Source: Pseudolabrys sp.
GTDB lineage: Bacteria > Pseudomonadota > Alphaproteobacteria > Rhizobiales > Xanthobacteraceae
NCBI GenBank assembly: GCA_049802775.1
Contig: JBARNC010000052.1
Coordinates: 10,997-74,996 of the forward strand
Direction of reading: 5' to 3'
Length of the DNA stretch: 64,000 nt
Part shown: piece after piece, positions 7,548-16,630 of the stretch
Layout: each line of letters starts with the position of its first letter
Numbering within the stretch: position 1 is the stretch's first letter
The notes under the pieces: model-generated
Seen by the model: the letters and a program-made list of their open reading frames with translations, nothing else
What the model was told of the DNA's origin: nothing
Database searches by the model: none
Made by a program: the position numbers and the translations under genes

Positions 7548-9971
7548 TCAAGGTAATGCCTTGAGATGGCGGATTGGGCGGCCGGGCGCAATCGCCTGTG
7601 CTGCCGCGACGATGGCGTTGGTGTCGATGCCGTAGTGCCGATAGAGCTCGGCGAGCGAGCCGGTTTGGCCGAAATGCTCGACGCCCAACGCGCGCGTTCG
7701 GTGTCCGGCAACGGCGCCGAGCCAGGCGAGAGTCGCTGGGTGGCCATCAAGCACGGTGACAATGCCGCAATGCGGCGGCACGTCGGCGAGCAGCCGCTCG
7801 ATATGTGAGCGTGCGTGCACGAGCCCGCGTTCGCGCGCGCGTTGCGCCGCTGTCCAGCCTGCGTTGAGCCGGTCGGCGGAGGTGATCGCGAGCAGACCAA
7901 CGTCGCGGCGGTCCTCTGCCATCAGGCCAACGGCCTCGATTGCTTCTGGTGCGACCGCGCCGGTGTAGGCGACGACGACTTGGCAATTGGGGCCCGGGTT
8001 GCGCTGCCAATAGGCGCCATCAACAATCTGTTGGCACATGTCTGGCGTCATCTGGCGCTTGATCTGCTCAACCGGCCGAGTTGATAGCCGCAGATAAACC
8101 GAGCCACCCGTTTCGTCGCGAAGCCAGTTCAGTTCGGATGGCGCCGCGTCGCCGTCCTTCTGCATATAGGAAAAGGCCCAGCGCATGATGGCGGCAAGCT
8201 CGTCGACGTAAGCTGGCTCGAAGCTGGCGAGCCCGTCCTGCGCCAACCCGATCAATGGCTCCGCTATCGATTGATGCGCGCCACCTTCGCCCGCCAGCGT
8301 GATGCCGGATGGTGTCGCCACCAGCATGAAACGGGCGTCCTGATAGCAAGCATAGTTAAGGGCATCGAGGCCACGGGCAATGAAGGGATCATACAGCGTG
8401 CCTATCGGCAACAAGCGCTCGCCGTTGATGCTGTGGGACAGGCCGAGCGCCGAAAGCAGGATGAACAGGTTCATTTCGGCGATGCCGAGTTCAATATGCT
8501 GGCCCTTAGGCGAGAATTCCCAATTGAACGTCGATGGTATGTGCTCGCTTTTGAACGTATCGGCCATGGCCTGACGCGCAAACAGGCCGCGCCGGTTCAC
8601 CCAAGGCCCCAGATTGGTGGACACCGTCACGTCCGGCGATGTGGTGACGATGTGGTGTGCAAAGTCGCTTTCATCCCGCCCGATCTCGTTAAGGATCGCA
8701 CCGAATCCGGTTTGTGTGGACATCACTGGTTGGACGGTGACGAAAAGACTGTCAGGCACGTCAAGCGTGGGCGCGCTGAGGCGTCGCGCGCTAGCGGATG
8801 CGAACGGAACACAGTCGAGGAACGACTGTAGTTGCTCCTCCGGCAGTACGAGACCTTCGAATTTTTCCCATTCGTGCCCCGGCCGCACGTCCATGGCCTG
8901 ACGAAAGGTCTCCATCTGTTGCGGCGTCATCAAGCCGGCGTGATTATCCTTATGCCCGGCGAAGGGCAGCCCGAAGCCTTTCACCGTGTAGCAAATAAAG
9001 CAGGTCGGCTTCTCGGCGTCGGCGCTCCGAAATGCCTCAAGCACTGACGGCATATCGTGCCCGCCGAGATTGTTCATCAAGGCAGCCAACTCATCGTCAC
9101 TGCGTTTGCCGATTAGTCTGCTGACATCACCTTGGTCGCCGATTTCGTCGGTGAGTCGCTTGCGCCAGGCCGCGCCGCCCGCGAACACAAGCGCGGAGTA
9201 AAGCTGGTTCGGGCAATTGTCGATCCATTGGCGCAGCGTCTCACCGCCCGGCTCCTTGAACGCTGCCTGCTGAAGAGAGCCGTATTTCAAAATGACGACG
9301 GCCCAGCCGAAGTTTTTGAAGAGCTGCTCATAGCGTGCCCACAGGCCCTCGCGCACGACAGCGTCGAGGCTTTGGCGGTTATAGTCGACGATCCACCAGC
9401 AATTACGCAGTCCCTGCTTCCAGCCCTCCAACAGCGCCTCGAAAATATTGCCCTCGTCGAGCTCGGCGTCGCCGACCAGCGCCACCATGCGGCCTTCCGG
9501 TCGGTTGAGGCTCCAACCATGTGCGCGCACGTAATCTTGGGTGAGCGACGAGAACAGCGTCTGTGCCACGCCCAAGCCGACAGACCCGGTCGAGAAATCG
9601 ACGTCATCGGCGTCTTTGGTGCGTGACGGATAGCTTTGTGCGCCTTTGTAGCCACGGAACGCTTCCAGCCGTTCGCGTGTCTGTTTGCCGAGCAGATATT
9701 GGATGGCGTGAAATATAGGGCTCGCATGCGGCTTCACCGCCACGCGATCCTGCGGACGTAGCACGTCGAAATAGAGCGCGGTCATTATGGTGGCGAGAGA
9801 CGCGCTCGATGCCTGATGGCCGCCAACTTTCAAACCATCTGAGTTCTCGCGTAGGTGATTGGCGTTATGGATCATCCAACTTGCGAGCCAGAGGACCTTG
9901 TGCTCGAGTGCGCCAAGGACTCGCAGCGTGTTGGTATCCGTCGAGCTGGCCTTTGTCGTGCTCTTGAGCAT
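7548..9971 (-). CDS. Homodimeric-type 2-oxoacid dehydrogenase E1 / transketolase-like ThDP enzyme (AceE-like), orphan
   Basis: ORF of 807 aa, colinear by eye with E. coli AceE blocks (GGHQASSASLATI, ThDP/Mg motif GDAELDEGN...NRQSLD, C-terminal GVEHFGQTGS). No E2 or E3 genes lie nearby. Confidence 0.8.
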   Translation of the reverse strand: MLKSTTKASSTDTNTLRVLGALEHKVLWLASWMIHNANHLRENSDGLKVGGHQASSASLATIMTALYFDVLRPQDRVAVKPHASPIFHAIQYLLGKQTRERLEAFRGYKGAQSYPSRTKDADDVDFSTGSVGLGVAQTLFSSLTQDYVRAHGWSLNRPEGRMVALVGDAELDEGNIFEALLEGWKQGLRNCWWIVDYNRQSLDAVVREGLWARYEQLFKNFGWAVVILKYGSLQQAAFKEPGGETLRQWIDNCPNQLYSALVFAGGAAWRKRLTDEIGDQGDVSRLIGKRSDDELAALMNNLGGHDMPSVLEAFRSADAEKPTCFICYTVKGFGLPFAGHKDNHAGLMTPQQMETFRQAMDVRPGHEWEKFEGLVLPEEQLQSFLDCVPFASASARRLSAPTLDVPDSLFVTVQPVMSTQTGFGAILNEIGRDESDFAHHIVTTSPDVTVSTNLGPWVNRRGLFARQAMADTFKSEHIPSTFNWEFSPKGQHIELGIAEMNLFILLSALGLSHSINGERLLPIGTLYDPFIARGLDALNYACYQDARFMLVATPSGITLAGEGGAHQSIAEPLIGLAQDGLASFEPAYVDELAAIMRWAFSYMQKDGDAAPSELNWLRDETGGSVYLRLSTRPVEQIKRQMTPDMCQQIVDGAYWQRNPGPNCQVVVAYTGAVAPEAIEAVGLMAEDRRDVGLLAITSADRLNAGWTAAQRARERGLVHARSHIERLLADVPPHCGIVTVLDGHPATLAWLGAVAGHRTRALGVEHFGQTGSLAELYRHYGIDTNAIVAAAQAIAPGRPIRHLKALP

Positions 9972-9991
9972 CGATGTTCCGCCCTGAACAG

Positions 9992-10987
9992 TCAGCGCTT
10001 GTCGTTAGCCAGACTGGTGCTCTTGTCGGGCGCTTCGAGGACAGTTTTGCAGGCGGGAGGCAGGTCGGCCAGCATCATCGGTTTCGGCGGTTTGGCCGGT
10101 GTAACGATTTTCCGGTGGATCACTTTGTCGGAGAACCAGTAGTCAAGCTCCTTGGCGCTGCAGCCGTCCCCGCCTGGCACCGGCGGTTGCGCGCGGCAGC
10201 TTGGCGAACCGGCTGGGCAACGCAGCCGCACGTGGATGTGGTCGTGGTGGCCGTACCACGGGCGCACCTTCGCCATCCAGCTGTCGTGTCCCTTGTCCTC
10301 AACGCGGCACAATTCCTTCTTGATCGCAGCGTTCACAAGCACGCGCTCGACCTCGGGCTGCTGGGCAGCCGTCTTGATGAAGGCGACGTGCTGCGGCGTC
10401 CAGGTCTGCGGATTGAGATGCTTCCAGTCTTCGGAAACTAGATTGCTGGCTGCGATGGTGTCGCGCTCTTCTTTGTTCAGCATGCGATCTGGCATCGGCA
10501 TGAACCAGATGTCGACATCGAGGCCGATCTGGTGGCTGGCGTGATCGGATGGCGCTGGCCCGCCGCGCGGTTGCGCCAGGTCGCCAACCAGAATGCCTTT
10601 CCAGCCGGTCGCCTTAGCGGCGAGCGATGCGAATTTTTCTACGAAGTGAATCAGGTCGGGATGCCCCCAATTCCGGTTGCGAGAAAGCCGCATCACTTGC
10701 CAGGTCGGCCCGTTGACCGGCAGTTCGACGCCGCCGGCGAGGCAGCCGCGCGGGTAGTATCCTATCGCCATCGCCTTGCCGAGTGAGGGTAATTGTTTGC
10801 CACCGAAGAGTTGCTTTGCCGACAGAGTTTTTTCCTTCTCCTGTTGGGTCATTGGCGGCTTTTGCGGCGGCAGCGGTGAGGGCGATGCGGCAGCCGGTGT
10901 TTGCGCAGCAGTGCGTTCGGCGGAGGCAAGAATGCCGGCGACCGCTATGAAGGACAGGACGAAAGGGGTCACGATTCGAGCGAACAT
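9992..10987 (-). CDS. mepA: Penicillin-insensitive murein endopeptidase (peptidase M74)
   Basis: Motifs NRNWGHPDL, HASHQIGLDVDIW and HHDHIHVRLRCP. The start was set at ATG 10987 (MFARIVTPFVLSF..., signal-peptide-like). The track ORF starts at 11020. Confidence 0.85.
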   Translation of the reverse strand: MFARIVTPFVLSFIAVAGILASAERTAAQTPAAASPSPLPPQKPPMTQQEKEKTLSAKQLFGGKQLPSLGKAMAIGYYPRGCLAGGVELPVNGPTWQVMRLSRNRNWGHPDLIHFVEKFASLAAKATGWKGILVGDLAQPRGGPAPSDHASHQIGLDVDIWFMPMPDRMLNKEERDTIAASNLVSEDWKHLNPQTWTPQHVAFIKTAAQQPEVERVLVNAAIKKELCRVEDKGHDSWMAKVRPWYGHHDHIHVRLRCPAGSPSCRAQPPVPGGDGCSAKELDYWFSDKVIHRKIVTPAKPPKPMMLADLPPACKTVLEAPDKSTSLANDKR

Positions 10988-11160
10988 AACGTTTCTTTGG
11001 TCTATCGATTCCACCACCATCTGTCAGGTTAATTAACTAAGGTGGATCGCACGATGATCGAGTTCCATTTTAGACTCCAACGAAGGGAGCCAAAAGCCTC
11101 AACCAAGATGTTTTTATCTAAATTAATGAAATTCCGCCATCCTGAAGACGAGAGGTAACC

Positions 11161-11718
11161 TTGTCGCGCGCCACTATTACCTTCGCCACCGCCGTATTTC
11201 TGCTTTCTTTCGCGACGGCGCGAGCCGACGTCGTAGTGACCGTCGACAAAACGGCGCAGCGCCTCACCGTCGAGGTCGACGGCTCCATTCGCTACCGATG
11301 GCCAGTGTCGACCGCGCGCTGGGGTTACAGCACGCCGAATGGCAGTTACCGCCCGCAATGGCTGGCGCGCAAATGGTTCTCGCGCAAATACGATTGGTCA
11401 CCGATGCCCTATTCGATATTTTTTGATGAGGGTTACGCTATCCATGGCAGCTACGAGATCTCGCATCTCGGCAGGCCTGCCTCGCACGGATGCATCCGCC
11501 TCCATCCTGAAAACGCTGGCGTACTATTCGCGTTGGTCAAGGATCATATGCAAGACACCCGGATCGTCGTTACCGGCGCGGGACCGGCACCCCGCGTGCG
11601 TGCGCGTGAGCAAGACTCGCAAGAAATGCCCAGCCGCCGGCGTCGAAATTTCGAGGATATTTTCAGCAACTGGCCGGACACGGACCGCGCGCGTCCGACC
11701 TGGCAAGATATGCACTAA
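11161..11718 (+). CDS. L,D-transpeptidase (YkuD domain) with signal peptide
   Basis: TTG start. The catalytic motif is HGSYEISHLGRPASHGCIRL and the N-terminus is signal-like. Confidence 0.85.
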   Translation: MSRATITFATAVFLLSFATARADVVVTVDKTAQRLTVEVDGSIRYRWPVSTARWGYSTPNGSYRPQWLARKWFSRKYDWSPMPYSIFFDEGYAIHGSYEISHLGRPASHGCIRLHPENAGVLFALVKDHMQDTRIVVTGAGPAPRVRAREQDSQEMPSRRRRNFEDIFSNWPDTDRARPTWQDMH

Positions 11719-11766
11719 GTGAGGTTGGTGCCTGCGCCGGTGCTGCGTTGCAAATACCGGGGCGAA

Positions 11767-13572
11767 CTAAACGTCCACCTTAAGCGCCGCGATAAATGCT
11801 TCCTGGGGAATATCGACCTTGCCGAGCTGTCGCATGCGCTTTTTGCCTTCCTTCTGCTTCTCGAGCAGCTTGCGCTTGCGAGTCGCGTCGCCACCATAGC
11901 ATTTAGCAGTGACGTCCTTGCGGAAGGCCCGCACGGTCTCGCGCGCGATGATCTTGCCGCCGATTGCGGCCTGGATCGGTACCTGGAACATGTGTGGCGG
12001 AATCAGCTCCTTGAGCTTCTCCGCCATGGCGCGGCCGCGCTGCTCGGCGCGGGTGCGATGCACCAGCATGGACAGCGCATCGACCGGTTCGCCGTTGACT
12101 AGCATCTGCAATTTCACCAGGTCGGCCGGTTTGTAGTCGGTGAGGTGATAGTCGAACGAAGCATAGCCACGCGACACTGACTTCAGGCGATCGTAGAAAT
12201 CGAACACCACTTCGTTGAGTGGCAAGTTGTATTTCAACATGGCGCGGTTGCCCACATAGGTGAGCTCTTTCTGCTCGCCGCGGCGGTCCTGACAGAGCTT
12301 GAGCACCGAACCGAGATATTCGTCAGGCGTGAGGATCGTGGCCTCGATCCAGGGTTCCTGCATTTCTTCAATATGGTTCGGCTCCGGCATATCGACCGGA
12401 TTGTGTATCTCAAGCTCTTTGCCGGTGGTGAGTTTTATTTTGTAGATGACCGAAGGCGCGGTCGCGATCAGATCGAGATTGAACTCGCGCGTCAGTCGCT
12501 CCTGGATGATCTCGAGATGCAGCAGCCCTAGAAAGCCGCAACGGAAACCGAATCCGAGCGCGGCCGAAGTTTCCATTTCGTATGTGAAACTCGCGTCATT
12601 AAGGCGCAGTTTGCCCATGGCCGCGCGCAGGTCTTCGAATTGCGCAGCATCGACCGGGAATAGGCCGCAAAAGACGACCGGAATTGCGGGACGGAAGCCG
12701 GGCAGGGATTTCTCCACGGGATGGCGATCGTCCGTAATAGTGTCGCCAACACGGGTATCAGCCACTTCCTTGATCGATGCGGTCAGCATGCCGATTTCGC
12801 CAGGGCCTAGCTCCTCCACTGGCTGAAGCTTTGGCGTGAACACGCCGGTGCGATCCACATCATAGGCGGCATTCGTGCCCATCATGCGGATGCGCTGACC
12901 CTTCTTCAGCACGCCATCGACGATGCGCACCAGAACGACTACGCCAAGGTAGACGTCGTACCAGCTGTCAACCAGCAGCGCCTTTAGCGTGGCATCGCGG
13001 TCGCCTTTTGGCGGCGGCAGCCGCGTGACGATTGCCTCCAGCACTTCCGGCACATTCAGTCCGGTTTTGGCTGAAATCTCGATAGCGTTACTGGCATCGA
13101 GCCCGATCACGTCCTCGATCTGCTGCTTGACCTTGGCCGGCTCGGCAGCGGGCAGATCGATTTTGTTAAGCACCGGCACGATCTCGTGGCCGGTGTCGAT
13201 TGCCTGGTAGACGTTCGCGAGCGTCTGCGCCTCGACGCCCTGGCTCGCATCCACCACGAGCAGAGAACCCTCGCAAGCAGCCAGCGAACGGTTGACTTCG
13301 TAGGCGAAGTCGACATGGCCCGGCGTGTCGATCAGATTGAGCACATAGCTTTTGCCGTCGCGTGCTTTGTAATTGAGCCGCACGGTTTGTGCCTTGATGG
13401 TAATGCCGCGCTCGCGCTCGATGTCCATGGAATCGAGCACCTGCTCCTTCATCTCGCGTTCTTCCAGCCCTCCCGTGAGCTGGATCAGCCGGTCAGCAAG
13501 CGTGGACTTGCCGTGGTCGATATGCGCGACGATAGAGAAATTGCGAATATTCTGGATCGGTGACGCCGTCAT
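11767..13572 (-). CDS. lepA: Elongation factor 4 (translational GTPase LepA)
   Basis: ORF of 601 aa: [32 protein letters not shown], and the characteristic C-terminal domain. Confidence 0.97.
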   Translation of the reverse strand: MTASPIQNIRNFSIVAHIDHGKSTLADRLIQLTGGLEEREMKEQVLDSMDIERERGITIKAQTVRLNYKARDGKSYVLNLIDTPGHVDFAYEVNRSLAACEGSLLVVDASQGVEAQTLANVYQAIDTGHEIVPVLNKIDLPAAEPAKVKQQIEDVIGLDASNAIEISAKTGLNVPEVLEAIVTRLPPPKGDRDATLKALLVDSWYDVYLGVVVLVRIVDGVLKKGQRIRMMGTNAAYDVDRTGVFTPKLQPVEELGPGEIGMLTASIKEVADTRVGDTITDDRHPVEKSLPGFRPAIPVVFCGLFPVDAAQFEDLRAAMGKLRLNDASFTYEMETSAALGFGFRCGFLGLLHLEIIQERLTREFNLDLIATAPSVIYKIKLTTGKELEIHNPVDMPEPNHIEEMQEPWIEATILTPDEYLGSVLKLCQDRRGEQKELTYVGNRAMLKYNLPLNEVVFDFYDRLKSVSRGYASFDYHLTDYKPADLVKLQMLVNGEPVDALSMLVHRTRAEQRGRAMAEKLKELIPPHMFQVPIQAAIGGKIIARETVRAFRKDVTAKCYGGDATRKRKLLEKQKEGKKRMRQLGKVDIPQEAFIAALKVDV

Positions 13573-13642
13573 GGCGGGCGAGATAACACTCGGGGTGCGG
13601 TCCTACAAGCGCGCTAGGCCCGTCATCCGGGCAAACGTTGGC

Positions 13643-13665
13643 AAAAATGTGCGTGCCCGGCACAT
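13643..13665 (-). terminator. Possible weak intrinsic terminator after ahcY
   Basis: On the minus strand, ATGTGC-CGGGCAC-GCACAT is followed by TTTTTG, about 35 nt after the ahcY stop. The stem is only 6 bp. Confidence 0.3.
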
Positions 13666-13700
13666 GGCCGAGCATGACGATGATGAGTTGGTATGAAAAA

Positions 13701-15119
13701 CTAGTAGCGGTAATGGTCCGCCTTGAACGGACCTTCGGCTGCGACGCCGATATAAGTTGCCTGCTTCTGCGAAAGCTTGGTGAGCTTCACACCGATCTTT
13801 TCGAGGTGAAGCCGCGCGACCTTTTCGTCGAGTTGCTTGGGTAACGTATAAACTTGGTTCTTGTACTTGCCAGGATTGGTCCACAACTCGATCTGAGCCA
13901 GCGTTTGGTTGGTGAATGAAGATGACATGACGAAGCTCGGATGACCCATGGCATTGCCGAGGTTCACCAGCCGACCTTCCGACAGCAGTATAATGCGCTT
14001 GCCGTCGGGGAATTCGACCTCGTCCACCTGCGGCTTGATATTGTGCCATTTCATATTGCGCAGTGCCGCAATTTGAATCTCGCTGTCGAAGTGGCCGATA
14101 TTACAGACAATGGCACGGTGCTTCATTTTGCGCATGTGTTCGAGTGTGATCACGTCGACATTGCCGGTGGCGGTGACGAAAATGTCGGCGCGTGGCGCGG
14201 CATCTTCCATGGTGACGACCTCGTAGCCTTCCATCGCGGCCTGTAGCGCGCAAATTGGATCGACTTCGGACACCATGACACGGCAACCGGCCTGTCGCAG
14301 TGACGCGGCCGAGCCTTTGCCGACATCGCCGAAGCCTGCGACCATGGCAACCTTGCCCGCCATCATCACGTCGGTGCCACGTCGGATGCCGTCGACCAGT
14401 GACTCGCGGCAGCCATAGAGATTATCGAATTTCGACTTGGTGACGCTATCGTTGACGTTGATTGCAGGGAACATCAGACGGCCTTCCTTCGCCATCTGAT
14501 AGAGCCGGTGCACGCCGGTGGTTGTTTCCTCGGTAACGCCTTTAATCGCCTTGGCGGTTTTTGTGTACCAGTCGGACTGTTCCTTCAGCCGCTTCTTGAT
14601 GGCGGCGAACAGGACTTCTTCTTCTTCGTTGCCGGGGTGATTAAGCACGGCGAGCTCGGTCTCGGCTTGCATGCCGAGATGCAGCAAGAGCGTGGCGTCG
14701 CCGCCATCGTCGAGGATCATGTTGGGCGTGCCGCCGTCATGCCATTCGAAGATGCGGTGGGTGTAGTCCCAGTATTCGGTGAGGCTCTCTCCCTTGACCG
14801 CGAACACCGGGACGCCGGCTTGCGCAATCGCGGCGGCAGCGTGGTCCTGGGTCGAATAGATGTTGCAGGACGCCCAACGCACGTCAGCGCCGAGATGAGT
14901 CAGCGTCTCGATTAACACCGCCGTTTGGATGGTCATGTGCAGCGAACCGGCGATGCGGGCGCCGCGCAGCGGCTGCTGCGGGCCATACTCCTCGCGCGTT
15001 GCCATCAGGCCGGGCATCTCGGTCTCGGCGATATTGATCTCGTTGCGGCCCCAGGCGGCGAGCGAGATGTCCTTGACGGCGTAGTCGCCGGTCTTGGCCT
15101 TCGGCTTGGCAGCGGTCAT
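13701..15119 (-). CDS. ahcY: Adenosylhomocysteinase
   Basis: ORF of 472 aa, long-form SAH hydrolase with the NAD-binding segment [10 protein letters not shown] and the typical N- and C-terminal sequences. Confidence 0.97.
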   Translation of the reverse strand: MTAAKPKAKTGDYAVKDISLAAWGRNEINIAETEMPGLMATREEYGPQQPLRGARIAGSLHMTIQTAVLIETLTHLGADVRWASCNIYSTQDHAAAAIAQAGVPVFAVKGESLTEYWDYTHRIFEWHDGGTPNMILDDGGDATLLLHLGMQAETELAVLNHPGNEEEEVLFAAIKKRLKEQSDWYTKTAKAIKGVTEETTTGVHRLYQMAKEGRLMFPAINVNDSVTKSKFDNLYGCRESLVDGIRRGTDVMMAGKVAMVAGFGDVGKGSAASLRQAGCRVMVSEVDPICALQAAMEGYEVVTMEDAAPRADIFVTATGNVDVITLEHMRKMKHRAIVCNIGHFDSEIQIAALRNMKWHNIKPQVDEVEFPDGKRIILLSEGRLVNLGNAMGHPSFVMSSSFTNQTLAQIELWTNPGKYKNQVYTLPKQLDEKVARLHLEKIGVKLTKLSQKQATYIGVAAEGPFKADHYRY

Positions 15120-15235
15120 GGCGATCCTTGTACTACTGCGAGGCGAACGGATTGGCCGTGCCTATAACAGGCCCCTGCCGGCGTCGCAATGCGTATATAA
15201 AGATTTCTTTATGTAGGGCTAAAGAAGATGACGAG

Positions 15236-15535
15236 TTAGTCCTCTTCGCCGAATCCGCTGGCGACCAGCTTGTGTAAGGTTTCCACCGCCACTGCGGCAT
15301 CCTTGCCAATGGCCTTAATGGTGATGGTGATGCCGGGGCCGGCGGCCAACATCATCAGCCCCATGATCGAGGTGCCGCCAACGGTTTCATGGCCGCGCGT
15401 AACGGTGATGGCGGCATCAAATTGTTCGGCAGTTTGTACGAATTTCGCCGAAGCGCGGGCGTGTAGCCCCTTCTTGTTGACGATCTCCACCTCGCGCACG
15501 ACGGGGGTGTCGTCCGCTGAAGCGCGAGCGCTCAT
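15236..15535 (-). CDS. ptsH: HPr/NPr-type phosphocarrier protein
   Basis: ORF of 99 aa with the active-site region KKGLHARASAKFV and regulatory Ser region GGTSIMGLMML. There is a 4-nt ATGA overlap with the upstream EIIA gene. Confidence 0.9.
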   Translation of the reverse strand: MSARASADDTPVVREVEIVNKKGLHARASAKFVQTAEQFDAAITVTRGHETVGGTSIMGLMMLAAGPGITITIKAIGKDAAVAVETLHKLVASGFGEED

Positions 15536-15933
15536 TTACCGTTGAGGACTCGGCTGGCGATCGTGCAGTACTTGCGGCCGGCTTCCTGAGCGGCGGAAAC
15601 CGCGTCCTGTAGCGGGCAGATCTCACGGATTTTGGCGAGCTTGATCAGCATCGGTAGATTGATACCGGCCAAAACCTCGACCTTGGGCTGGCTCATGACT
15701 GAAATGGCGAGGTTAGAAGGCGTGCCGCCAAACATGTCGGTGAGTATCGCCACTCCTTCGCCGCTATCCACGCGCTTGACCGCATCGAGGATATTTTTGC
15801 GGCATTGCTCAACATCGTCATCGGGGCCGATGGTGATCGCCTCGAGCTGGCGCTGGGGTCCAACCACATGCTCCAGCGCTGAGCGGAACTCGATGGCGAG
15901 CCGCCCATGGGTCACAAGTACGAGGCCAATCAT
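15532..15933 (-). CDS. PTS EIIA component, mannose family (regulatory PTS; ManX-like)
   Basis: The start was reset to ATG 15933 (MIGLVLVTHGRLA..., active-site His), preceded by GAGGAG. 133 aa. The track ORF 15532..16245 is an upstream extension. Confidence 0.85.
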   Translation of the reverse strand: MIGLVLVTHGRLAIEFRSALEHVVGPQRQLEAITIGPDDDVEQCRKNILDAVKRVDSGEGVAILTDMFGGTPSNLAISVMSQPKVEVLAGINLPMLIKLAKIREICPLQDAVSAAQEAGRKYCTIASRVLNGK

Positions 15934-16171
15934 CCCTAACTCCTCGCGGGCGCTACGCTGCGCCGCACGATAGGGCGCGCATTCACGCCCATCTGAAGCC
16001 CCATTGCAAGGGCTTTGATCGCTATATAAGCGCTCTGTTGCACTGCGGAAAGACGGGGTCAAAGGAGGGCTCGGAGCGTGCGTTTTCGGCGGCGCGATCC
16101 TAGGCCCGTTATGGTTAATTTTCCTCGACCAAATCGAAGGCGCTGGGGGTAGCCCAAACAATGACCGCAGG

Positions 16172-16630
16172 TCAATCAACTGCCGAGGGGGTCTGCAGCG
16201 CGGCCAGCACCATAGGCAGGGCCGCAATTCCGGGTGCGAGCGCAAGCCGTGGCAGGGTGACCCCCTGGATCATGATGCTTTTACCCTCCGCCCCGGGGTA
16301 GCGTGTGGCGTCCCCGACGCCGAGATCAACGACCAGACCCACCATCGCCACCGATTCGAACTCAATCCGCCGAATTCCAAGGCCATGGACCTCGATCATG
16401 CCGGCCAGCGCCGCCGGTGGACGCACAAGCAGCCGTGCTGAATGGTTTTCCACATATGCGCGATCATCGGCGACCAGCCTCGCAAAGGTCAGCAGGCCTT
16501 GCGCGGCGGCTGTCACAAGACTCCATGCGAGTGTTGATTTGCCGGAGCCGGCCGGCCCTAGGATCAATGCTGCTTTTGGGCCAACGAGAACGGCGGAGGC
16601 GTGGATGGTAGAGGCGTCAGCCACCATCAC
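16172..16630 (-). CDS. hprK: HPr kinase/phosphorylase, short alphaproteobacterial form lacking the N-terminal domain
   Basis: ORF of 152 aa: HASAVLV..., Walker A GPAGSGKST, EVHGLGI. The GTGA start/stop overlaps the chvG stop. Confidence 0.85.
   Translation of the reverse strand: MMVADASTIHASAVLVGPKAALILGPAGSGKSTLAWSLVTAAAQGLLTFARLVADDRAYVENHSARLLVRPPAALAGMIEVHGLGIRRIEFESVAMVGLVVDLGVGDATRYPGAEGKSIMIQGVTLPRLALAPGIAALPMVLAALQTPSAVD

Noticed and set aside
15120-15235. SAH riboswitch upstream of ahcY
   Set aside because: I looked for the conserved SAH-element core (AGGCUC..., GCGUUGCGAC-type pairing). Only a loose UUGCGAC match is present and no consistent pseudoknot pairing could be drawn. The class is also not typical of alphaproteobacteria. 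A cmsearch with RF01057 would settle it.
15934-16171. 238-nt hprK-EIIA spacer as a structured RNA or sRNA gene
   Set aside because: Only short hairpins are visible (AAGCCC-N7-GGGCTT) plus a possible TTGCAA-N18-TGAATG promoter. There is nothing I can support as an RNA gene without covariation or expression data.
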